In this document: piece after piece, positions 22,060 through 32,419 of the stretch
Position numbering within the stretch: position 1 is the first letter of the stretch
Layout of the letters: every line of letters starts with the position of its first letter
Notes under the pieces: model-generated
Database searches by the model: none
Told to the model about the DNA's origin: nothing
The model's input: the letters and a program-made list of their open reading frames with translations, nothing else
Source: Macrostomum lignano
Taxonomy: Eukaryota
NCBI GenBank assembly: GCA_002269645.1
Contig: NIVC01001800.1
Span: forward strand, 1-35,047
DNA: 35,047 bases
Direction of reading: 5' to 3'
Translations under genes and position numbers: made by a program

Positions 22060-25000
22060 ATGTCTACTACATTGCTGCGCCTCTCAGCCAATGCCGCGAC
22101 ACTTGCCCGGCATCTACCCGTATATGGTCGCTGTTTGACCAATTGCGCTGCATTGACAGCAATGACAGCTACTCCCACTATTAGACCTACCTGGCAATTA
22201 GGCAAGACTCGATTTTCTTCCATCGCCGCTCTCTACAACAATCGCCGACCATTGTCAACAACCTCGTCATCAGCTTCATCAGCACCGGAGCCTGATCCAG
22301 ACTATCACAGCATCATCAGCAATGCCGAGCGAAGTCGCGGCTCATCGGAGCGACACGCCTTTCAAGCGGAAACTCGCCAATTATTAGACATTGTTGCCAA
22401 GTCATTGTACAGCGATAGGCACGTGTTTGTTCGCGAATTAGTGTCCAACGCTAGCGACGCTTTGGAGAAGCTGCGCCATTTGAGATTGTCCTCGGCGGCT
22501 GACAGCAACCAGCAGTTTGGTCCGCTAGAGATTCACCTGCAAACTGATGAGGATAAACGAACTCTAACTATACAGGACACCGGTATTGGCATGACGCGAG
22601 ATGAAGCCGTGTCTAATTTAGGCACTATAGCAAGGTCTGGCAGTCAAGAGTTTATCAAGCAGGCAGCATCGGGCTCCGGAGGTCAGACTGCCTCCGCCTC
22701 TGTGATTGGCCAATTTGGCGTTGGCTTCTATGCCTCGTTTATGGTGGCCGATAAAATTGACGTCTACAGCCAGAGCAGCTGTCAGGCCGATGCTAAACCT
22801 GTCAAGTGGAGCTCAGATGGATTGGGGAGCTATGAGGTTGGTGTGATTTGCCTAGCTTAGCAGTGATCCAAAGTATGCGGCTTTGTTTTGGGGCATTGTG
22901 CTGCTCACGACTCTAAATTGGCGCTCAAGTCTCACCTATGAGCCTCATATGGCGCTCAAGTCTCACCTATGAGCCTCATATGGCGCTCAAGTCTCACCTA
23001 TGAGCCTCATATGGCGCTCAAGTCTCACCTATGAGCCTCATATGGCGCTCAAGTCTCACCTATGAGCCTCATATGGCGCTCAAGTCTCACCTCTGAGCCT
23101 CAATTGGCGCTCAAGTCTCACCTATGAGCCACAATTGGCGCTCCAGTCTCACCTATGAGCCTCATATGGCGCTCAAGTCTCACCTATGGGGCTAAATTGG
23201 CGCTTAAGTTTCATTTATGGCGCTAAATTGGCGCTCGTCTCACCTATGGCGCTAAATTTTCGCTCAAGTCTCACCTATGAGCCTCAATTGGCGCTCAAGT
23301 CTCACCTATGAGCCTCAATTGCCAAATTGGCGCTCAAGTCTCACCTATGAGCCTCATATGGCGCTCAGGTCTCACCTATGAGCCTCAATTGGCGCTCAAT
23401 TCTCACCTATGAGCCTCATATGGCGCTCAGGTCTCACCTATGAGCCTCAATTGGCGCTCAATTCTCACCTATGAGCCTCATATGGCGCTCAGGTCTCACC
23501 TATGAGCCTCAATTGGCGCTCAATTCTCACCTATGAGCCTCATATGGCGCTCAGGTCTCACCTATGAGCCTCAATTGGCGCTCAAGTCTCACCTATGAGC
23601 CACAGTTGGCGCTCCAGTCTCCTATGGGGCTAAATTGGCGCTCAAGGTTCACATATGGCGCTAAATTGGCGCTAAAGTCTCACCTAGGATGCTAATTAAA
23701 ACATCTCCATTGTCTTTTTCATAAATAAGCAAGTGATGCTACTCTCCAATCCTGCACAGGTATCAGAGGCCGAGAACGTCAGCCCAGGCACCAAGATAGT
23801 GCTACACCTGAAGCCTGACTCTCTAGAATTTGCTAAAGACGAGAATTTGCGCACTATTGTGCAGCGCTACAGCGGCTTCGTTGCGGCCCCAATCTTTGTT
23901 AATGGACGGCGGGTGAATCCTGCGGAGCCATTGTGGCTCAAGGATGCCAGCAAAGTGACGCAAGAGGAGCACCAAGAGTTTTATAGGCTCGTATCCGGGG
24001 CCTATGATGCGCCTAGGTAATCCAGATGTTCTTTTAGAGTGCTCATTTCTCTACTGCTAATATCTAGACTTTTAAATTTGATCATAAAATCTGTCGCTTT
24101 ATCTACCCATAGAATCGCCCTTATCTACCCATAGAATCGCCCTTATCTACCCATAGAATCGCCCTTCTACCCATAGAATCGGCCTTATCTACCCATAGAA
24201 TCGCCCTTATCTAACCATAGAATCGCCCTTATCTAACCATAGAATCGCCCTTATCTACTCATAAAATCGCTCTTATCTACCCATAGAATCGCGCCCTTAT
24301 CTAACCATAGAATCGCCCTTATCTAACCATAGAATCGCCCTTATCTACCCATAGAATCGCCCTTCTACCCATAGAATCGGCCTTATCTAACCATAGAATC
24401 GCCCTTATCTAACCATAGAATCGCCCTTATCTACTCATAAAATCGCTCTTATCTACCCATAGAATCGCGCCCTTATCTAACCATAGAATCGCCCTTATCT
24501 AACCATAGAATCGCCCTTATCTACCCATAGAATCGCCCTTCTACCCATAGAATCGGCCTTATCTACCCATAGAATCGCCCTTATCTAACCATAGAATCGC
24601 CCTTATCTAACCATAGAATCGCCCTTATCTACTCATAAATCGCTCTTATCTACCCATAGAATCGCGCCCTTATCTAACCATAGAATCGCCCTTATCTAAC
24701 CATAGAATCGCCCTTATCTACCCATAGAATCGCCCTTCTACCCATAGAATCGGCCTTATCTACCCATAGAATCGCCCTTATCTAACCATAGAATCGCCCT
24801 TATCTAACCATAGAATCGCCCTTATCTACTCATAGAATCGCTCTTATCTACCCATAGAATCGCCCTTATCTAACCATAGAATCGCCCTTATCTAACCATA
24901 GAATCGCCCTTATCTACTCATAGAATCGCTCTTATCTACTCATAGAATCGCTCTTATCTACCCATAGAATCGGCCTTATCTACCCATAGAATCGCCCTTA

Positions 25001-28000
25001 TCTACCCATAGAATCGGCCTTATCTAACCATAGAATCGCCCTTCTACCCATAGAATCGGCTTTATCTAACCATAGAATCGCCCTTCTACCCATAGAATCG
25101 GCTTTATCTAACCATAGAATCGCCCTTCTACCCATAGAATCGGCTTTATCTAACCATAGCATCGCCCTACCATCATAGGTGCTCTAGGCTGCTGTAGTAA
25201 TCAATCACCGCCATTAACCTACTGACCCAGGTACGTGTTCTCGTACAAGACGGACGCTCCTCTGAACCTCCGCGCCCTGCTGTACATCCCGGAGTCCAAG
25301 CCGGCCCTATGGGAGATGAGTCGAGACTCGGAGTCAGGCGTGGCCCTCTACTCCAAAAGGGTGCTGGTGCTGCCCAAAGCTCAGCCGCTTCTGCCAAGAT
25401 GGCTGCGATTTCTCAAAGGCGTTGTGGACTCGGAAGATGTACCGCTAAACCTCAGCAGAGAGCTGCTGCAGGACAGCAGGCTGATTAGAAGGATTAACCT
25501 GGCACTGACTGGGCGTGTTATTCGGTTTCTTAGCGAGCAGGCTAAGAAAGATGCTGAGAAGTGAGTTAGTTGATGGCCGTTGATGCTTTTAAATCCCCCG
25601 GCTTTGAATTATGAAAATTTTGCTCCTGAAGCACACTGAGAATCGCCCCTGAAGTACACTGAGAATCGCCCCTGAAGTATACTGACAATCGCCCCTGAAG
25701 TACACTGACAATCGCCCCTGAAGTACACTGACAATCGCCCCTAAAGTACACTGAGAATCGCCCCTGAAGTACACTGAGATCTGAGAATACCCCTGTAAAA
25801 GTACACTGAGAATCACCCCTGCAGCACACTGAGATATCGCCCATGAAGCAGACTGAAAATCGCCCCTGAAGCACACTGAGAATCGGCCATGAAGCAGACT
25901 AAGAATCGCCCCTGAAGCACACTGAGAATCGCCCCTGAAGCACACTGAGATATCGCCCATGAAGCAGACTGAGAATCGCCCCTGAAGCTCACTGAGATAT
26001 CGCCCATGAAGCAGACTGAGAATCGCCCCTGAAGCACACTGAGATATCGCCCATGAAGCACACTGAGAATCGCCCCTGAAGCACACTGAGAATTCCCCCT
26101 GTAAAAGTACACTGAGAATCACCCCTGCAGCACACTGAGATATCGCCCATGAAGCAGACTGAGAAATCGCCCCTGAAGCAGATTGAGAATCGCCCCTGAA
26201 GCTTACTGAGAATCGCCCCTCCGCAGGTACGCCGGCTTCCACCGCGACTTCGGCCTATTCCTCAAAGAAGGCATCGTCACCACCCAGGACCAGGCTGAGA
26301 GAGAGAAAATCGCTGACTTATTGAGATTCGAAACCTCTGCCCAGCAACCGGGCCAGCTGACTTCTCTATCAGAATACGTGGCCCGCCAGGACGCCAGCTC
26401 GCGTAATATTCTGTTCCTTAGCGCTCCCAGCCGGCAGCTGGCGGAGACTTCGCCCTACCTTGAGGCCGTTCGCCATCGCAATCTGGAAGTAATTTTCCTG
26501 TACGAACCCTACGACGAATTGGTGCTGATGCAGTTGGGCCAATTTGCCGGCAAACAGTTGCAATCTGTTGAGAATGAAGCGTCAAGATCTGCTAGCGATG
26601 ATGATAATGCCAGCAAAGATGAGACAAGCACCAAACCGGATGCTGATAGCGAACAGCATGACAGTGCTGGGGACAATCGTTTATCTGAACGCGACGCCAA
26701 CGATCTGTCCTCGTTTATGACTACAGCTCTAGCTGGCCGAGTGAAATTAGTGAAGCCGACTAATCGGCTGACTACTCATCCTTGCGTTGTGTGTATTAAA
26801 GATCTGGGCGCTGTTAGACACCTGCTTAGGACTACAATGCACGATAGGTGAGTTGGGTAGGGTAAATAGGTTTTATGGTAGGTTTGGGTATGTTAGTAGG
26901 TTTCATGGTATGTTAAGGGTAGGGTAGTAGGTTTAATGGTAGGTTTTGGTAGTAGGTTTCATGGTAGGTTAGAGTAGTAGGTTTCATGGCAGGTTGGGGT
27001 AGTAGGTTTCATGGTAGGTTAGGGTAGTAGGTTTTATGGTAGGTTGAGGTAGTAAGTTTCATGGTAGGTTTTGGTAGTAGGTTTCATGGTAGGTTAGAGT
27101 AGTAGGTTTCATGGGAGGTTAGGGTACATGTAGGTTTCATGGTAGGTTAGGGTAGTACATGTAGATTTCATGGTAGGTTAAGGTAGTACATGTAGGTTTC
27201 ATGGTAGGTTAGGGTAGTAGGTTAGGGTAGTAGGTTTCATGGTAGGTTAGGGTGGTCGTTTTCATGGAAGGTTAGGGTAGTAGGCTTCATGGTAGGTTAG
27301 GGTAGTAGGTTTCATGGCAGGTTAGGGTAGTACATGTAGGTTTCATGGTAGGTTAGGGTAGTACATGTAGGTTTCATGGTAGGTTAGGGTAGTACATGTA
27401 GGTTTCATGGTAGGTTAGGGTAGTACATGTAGGTTTCATGGTAGGTTAGGGTAGTACATGTAGGTTTCATGGTAGGTTAGGGTGGTCGTTTTCATGGTAG
27501 GTTAGAGTTGTAGGCTTCATGGTAGGTTAGGGTGGTAGGCTTCATGGTAGGTTAGGGTAGTAGGTTTTATGTTAGGTTAGGGTAGTAGGCTTCATGGTAG
27601 GTTAGGGTGGTAGGCTTCATGGTAGGTTAGGGTAGTAGGTTTCATGGTAAGTTAGGGTGGTAGGCTTCATGGTAGGTTAGGGTAGTAAGTTTCATGGTAA
27701 GTTAGGGTGGTAGGCTTCATGGTAGGTTAGGGTAGTAGGCTTCATGGTAGGTTAGGGTAGTAGGTTTCATGGTAGGTTTGGGTAGTAGGCTTCATGGTAG
27801 GTTAGGGTAGTAGGCTTCATGGTAGGTTAGGGTAGTAGGTTTCATGGTAGGTTTGGGTAGTAGGCTTCATGGTAGGTTAGGGTGGTAGGCTTCATGGTAG
27901 GTTAGGGTAGTAGGTTTCATGGTAAGTTAGGGTGGTAGGCTTCATGGTAGGTTAGGGTAGTAGGCTTCATGGTAGGTTAGGGTAGTAGGTTTCATGGTAG

Positions 28001-28567
28001 GTTTGGGTAGTAGGTTTCATGTTAGGTTAGGGTAGTAGGTTATATGGTAGGTTTAGGTAGTAGGTTTCATGCATTCATGGGAGGTTAGGGTAGTAGTTTT
28101 TATGGTATGTTAGGGTAGTAGATTTCATGGTAGGATAATATTATTAGAGTGTTGGAGAGTATAGTATGCTATTATGAATACAGTTTCTGCTACCGTAGGC
28201 CTATAAGCTAAACTGTCTATTTACTAGCGAAATGTTTTTATTTCTACTTACAGTAGGCTGTTAGCGCACAGCGCCGTATCTTTATTCTAAATATAATAGG
28301 TAACAATAAAAATTCAATTTGTAATTCCATGCTAGGCCAGCCGAGGAGCGCCTTCGCCTGATGGAGCCGGTGCTGGAGATCAACGCTAAGCACCCGCTAA
28401 TCCGCAAGCTGTCAATCATGCGAACGGGCGATCCGGATCTGGCTAAATTATTCGCTCTGCAGTTGTGCGACAATGCGCTCACCATTGCCGGGGTGCTGGA
28501 AGATCCCAGGGCGATGATCGATCGGTTGAACGAGTTGCTAACGAAAGCGGCGGAGAAGATGCCTTGA
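22060..28567 (+). CDS. TRAP1: Mitochondrial HSP90 (TRAP1/HSP75), 5 coding exons, 738 aa
   Basis: Exons 22060-22836, 23760-24016, 25231-25560, 26227-26847, 28336-28567 (2217 nt, GT-AG, phases 0,2,2,2). [65 protein letters not shown]; Arg/Ser/Thr-rich presequence; no charged linker, no MEEVD. Confidence 0.95.
22905..23690. repeat. 31-bp minisatellite in TRAP1 intron 1 (GGCGCTCAAGTCTCACCTATGAGCCTCATAT)n
   Basis: Period 31 (22920, 22951, ...). Confidence 0.95.
24100..25170. repeat. 22-bp minisatellite in TRAP1 intron 2 (AGAATCGCCCTTATCTAMCCAT)n
   Basis: Period 22 (24135, 24157); the GCGCCC variant recurs at ~24291, 24467, 24664, indicating higher-order units. Confidence 0.95.
25625..26220. repeat. 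23-bp minisatellite in TRAP1 intron 3 (TGAGAATCGCCCCTGAAGCACAC)n
   Basis: Period 23 (25641, 25664); runs to within 6 nt of the acceptor at 26226. Confidence 0.95.
26855..28135. repeat. 25/31-bp minisatellite in TRAP1 intron 4 (GGTAGTAGGTTTCATGGTAGGTTAG)n
   Basis: 25-bp unit, with a 31-bp TACAT-containing variant (27331, 27362); TTAGGG forms at most unit junctions. Confidence 0.95.
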
Positions 28568-28794
28568 CTTTATTGCTGTTTGACTGGACAGTATCCATTG
28601 TGTGCTTGTGCTGTTAGTGGTTAATTACTGCCGGCTTTACATCCTTTGCTTTTCGTGTTGCATAAATATTGAGAAACAGTTTATAGGACTGTCCAGTTGA
28701 GAGAATTTATATGGCTAGAGTATAGAAAAGGATAGATCAATAAATAAAAAAGGTTTTGTGGTAAATAAAGAGTGGGTGGTATAAAGAAGCGTAG

Positions 28795-29342
28795 CTAGGA
28801 GAGTAGAACGGTAGACAGGAGGGTAGAGTGGTAGACAGGAGGGTAGAGCGGTAGACAGGAGGGTAGAGTGGTAGACAGGAGGGTAGAGCGGTAGATAGGA
28901 GGGTAGAGCGGTAGACAGGAGGGTAGAGCGGTAGACAGGAGAGTAGAACGGTAGACAGGAGGGTAGAGTGGTAGACAGGAGAGTAGAACGGTAGACAGGA
29001 GGGTAGAGCGGTAGTCAAGAGGGTAGAGCGGTAGACAGGAGGGTAGACAGGAGGGTAGAGCGGTAGTCAAGAGGGTAGAGCGGTAGACAGGAGGGTAGAG
29101 TGGTAGACAGGAGGGTAGACAGGAGGGTAGAGCGGTAGTCAAGAGGGTAGAGCGGTAGACAGGAGGGTAGAGTGGTAGACAGGAGGGTAGAGTGGTAGAC
29201 AGGAGAGTAGAGCGGTAGATAGGAGGGTAGAGTGGTAGACAGGAGGGTAGAGTGGTAGACAGGAGGGTAGAGTGGTAGACAGGAGGGTAGAGTGGTAGAC
29301 AGGAGAGTAGAGCGGTAGATAGGAGGGTAGAGTGGTAGACGC
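28795..29342. repeat. 20-bp minisatellite (GAGGGTAGAGCGGTAGACAG)n downstream of TRAP1
   Basis: Direct tandem repeat beginning just after an AATAAA at ~28740. Confidence 0.95.
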
Positions 29343-29742
29343 AAGAACAAGATGTTTACATGCGGCAGCAATTAAGATTTATGAGCAACTTTGATAACTC
29401 TTTACACCAGCAATATTTGAGAACTCATGAAAAGCTTAACTAGCTGATATATGATTAGTGTCTTTGCTTCTTATCTTTCAATGTTGCACTGACTGTAACA
29501 ACATAATTTAATTCTTGAACAACAATTAAGGAAAATTGCTTTTTAACCAGCTTTTTGTCTGAGAATAATTAATTCAGCATTTTGTGGACAAGATACATAT
29601 TGCTCTAGTAAGTTTCACATATTACTGCTTGTTAGTTTGAATTGAAAATACAACTGTGTTTTATTAGGAAAAAATATTACACCTGTTGTAGTTGTTATGA
29701 CGAACAAACCAATTTATTTGGATATTAGATATAAAAGTACCT

Positions 29743-30283
29743 GTTGCCATAGCAACCACATATTTTAACATAATCTAAATTCTTATTATGATAATGATCT
29801 CAGTTCTCATAGCAACCAGGCACATTCATATAGCTAGTCTCAATTATAATTCCTGTTGCCATAGCAACCAAACACTTTCATATATTAGCCAGTCTCAATC
29901 AGAATGCCAGTTGCCATGGCAACCAAACATTCATATAGCTAGTCTCAATAATTATCCCAGTTGCCATAGCAGCCAAACACATTCATGTAGCTAGTCCGAA
30001 TGATAATCCCTGTTGCCATAGAAACCAAACACATTCATATATGGCTAGTCTCATTCACAACTCCAGTTGCCATAGCAACCAAACACATGGCTAGTCTCAA
30101 TAATAATCCCTGTTGCCATAGCAACCAAACAAATTCATATATGGCTAGTCTCATTCACAACTCCAGTTGCCATAGCAACCAAACACATATATAGCTAGTC
30201 TCAATAATAATCCCAGTTACCATAGCAACCAAACACATTCATATATGGCTAGTCTCATTGCATGCTCCAGTTGCCATGACAAC
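29743..30283. promoter_or_regulatory. Tandem array of 11 RFX X-box-like motifs (GTTRCCATRGCAAC) ending over the DTYMK start codon
   Basis: 14-mers start at 29743, 29803, 29855, 29910 (perfect palindrome GTTGCCATGGCAAC), 29960, 30012, 30066, 30112, 30166, 30216, 30270. Motif match is direct; function is unproven. Confidence 0.6.
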
Positions 30284-31431
30284 CAAGCGCGGCCTATTCG
30301 TAGTCCTAGAAGGCATGGACCGGGCCGGCAAGTCCTCGCAGTGCCGCCGGCTTGTGGACCACCTGAACAGCATCGGGCATCGAACCGAGCTCATGCGATT
30401 CCCCGAGCGCGACTCGGCCATCGGCAGCCTGATTGGCCAGTATCTGGGCAGGAAAATCGAACTTGACGATCACGCCGTCCACCTGCTGTTCTCGGCCAAT
30501 CGCTGGGAGTTTCGGCCGCATATCTTGGACACCCTGGCCAGTGGAGTGAACATTGTGTGCGACAGATATGCATACAGCGGCATTGCCTTCACCGCCGCCA
30601 AGGCTGATGGCCCCGACTTTCACTGGTGCTGCCAGCCCGAGGTGGGCCTGCCCGCTCCCGACCTCAAGGTCAGATCTGGGCAGATGGGATCAGGAAGTGG
30701 GGAGATGGGATCAGGGAGTGGGGAAGATGGGATCAGGGAGTGGGCAGATGGGATCAGGGAGTAGGGAGATGGGATCAGCGAGTGGGGAGATGGGATCAGG
30801 GAGTGGGAATATGGGATCAGGCAGTGGGAGATGAGATCATGGAGTGGAAAGCTGGTATCAGATAGTGGGGAGATGGGATCAGGGATCGTGGGAGATGGGA
30901 TCAGGGATCGTGGGAGATGGGATCAGGGATCGTGGGAGATGGGATCAGGGATCGTGGGAGATGGGATCAGGGATCGTGGGAGATGGGATCAGGGATCGTG
31001 GGAGATGGGATCAGGGATCGTAGGAGATGGGATCAGGGATCGTGGGAGATGGGATCAGGGATCGTGGGAGATGGGATCAGATAGTGGGGAGATGGGAACA
31101 TGGAATAGGACAGATCCCCACCATCTTGCAGATCTTCCTGTCTGTGAGCCCCGAGGCGCAGGCAAGTCGCGGCGGCTTCGGAGCCGAGCGCTACGAAGTG
31201 GCGGACTTCCAGCGACGGGTCGGCGAGGCCTACGCCAGACTGATGCGGCTGGAGGACCAGGCGGGCGGCTCCTGCCCTGCCTGGCTCACCATCAACGCCG
31301 ACGGCGCCTTCGACGAGGTGCAGCAGCAGCTGGCTAAGGCCGTGGTTGCCGCCATCGACTGTCCGCGCTCTGCCGGTCCGCCCGCTGGCCTGCGGTTTCC
31401 GACTGCCGGTGGCCGAGGCTGCGAGGCCTGA
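30276..31431 (+). CDS. DTYMK: Thymidylate (dTMP) kinase, 2 exons, 230 aa
   Basis: Exons 30276-30668 and 31132-31431; P-loop LEGMDRAGKSSQ, RFPER, HLLFSANRWE, DRYAYSG, PDLK|IFL, FGAERYE. Confidence 0.93.
30683..31100 (+). repeat. 22-bp G-rich minisatellite filling the DTYMK intron (GGGAGATGGGATCAGGGATCGT)n
   Basis: Three GGG runs per unit on the sense strand; occupies most of intron 30669-31131. Confidence 0.95.
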
Positions 31432-31454
31432 CTGCGGCGGGCTCTCGGTGGGTG

Positions 31455-31702
31455 ACTGGGACTGTCTGTGTCTATGTGTCTTTCTGTTTGACTGTCTGTG
31501 TCTATGTGTCTTTCTGTTTGACTGTCTGCCTGCCTGCCTGCCTGCCTGTCTGTCTGTCTGCCTGTCTGTCTGTCTGCCTGCCTGTCTGTCTGTCTGCCTG
31601 TCTTCCTGTCTGTCTGTCTGTCTGTCTGTCTTCCTGTCTGCCTGTCTGTCTGTCTGCCTGTCTGCCTGTCTGCCTGTCTGTCTGTCTGTTTGACTGTCTT
31701 CC

Positions 31703-31771
<69 letters not shown>

Positions 31772-31810
31772 GCCTGCCTGTCTGCCTGCCTGTCTGTCTG
31801 TCTGTCTCTG
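31455..31810. repeat. (CTGT/CTGC)n microsatellite in DTYMK 3' region
   Basis: Tetranucleotide repeats starting ~25 nt after the stop codon. Confidence 0.95.
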
Positions 31811-32419
31811 TGTATTCTTATGTTTCTTATATTTACCATTTTTATAAATCAAGTTCAACAATGGGTTAACCAAGTGTAACACTGTCAAGTCTTATAAAAT
31901 GGAATTAATATTTCCGTAGTTATTTCTATGAGACGGCAATGTAGTTAGCATTATTTTCATCGATCGAAATTCCTTGCTGCTTACTATGCAGATTTGTATC
32001 TTTTTTATATGGCATTTCATGTTTTTTCAAGTCGGTTATTTTTATAACTGTTTATAATAGTAAGTTCTGCTTTCCTTGTAATTTAAAAACTTTACAGCAC
32101 GCGAATACAAATAAGTAAAATTGGAAATAAACATTGACTTAAATGTCTTTAAAGTGTATCATGCACCATATTGCATTTTTTGTTATAAATTCTGTTTGAG
32201 CTTTCTGTATTTTAGTGATTTTTTACTTTTAATGACAAAATACCTGCCTTCTGACGGTGAAAATTGTCTGCAGAGAGAAATTTCTGCGATGAGACAAGCC
32301 TAATTAACTAAAATTTACTTCCTCGGGAAGCTATCCGTAGTTGGGTGACCTCTGGCTTGAGCACTGCTGCTGAGATGTCAAACCAGTTGATAAATTCTCT
32401 CACGAGTATCTGAAGCGAT

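Noticed and set aside
29743-30283. CRISPR-like look: palindromic repeats with ~38-bp spacers
   Set aside because: Spacers are homologous to each other, the repeat is only 14 bp, no cas genes, and the context is a spliced eukaryotic gene.
30553-31337. GSGS, RWDQ and MGSG ORFs overlapping DTYMK
   Set aside because: Read-through of the intronic 22-bp repeat; the spliced model restores PDLK|IFL.
31033-31888. DRQT and CLSV repeat ORFs
   Set aside because: Translations of the tetranucleotide microsatellite.
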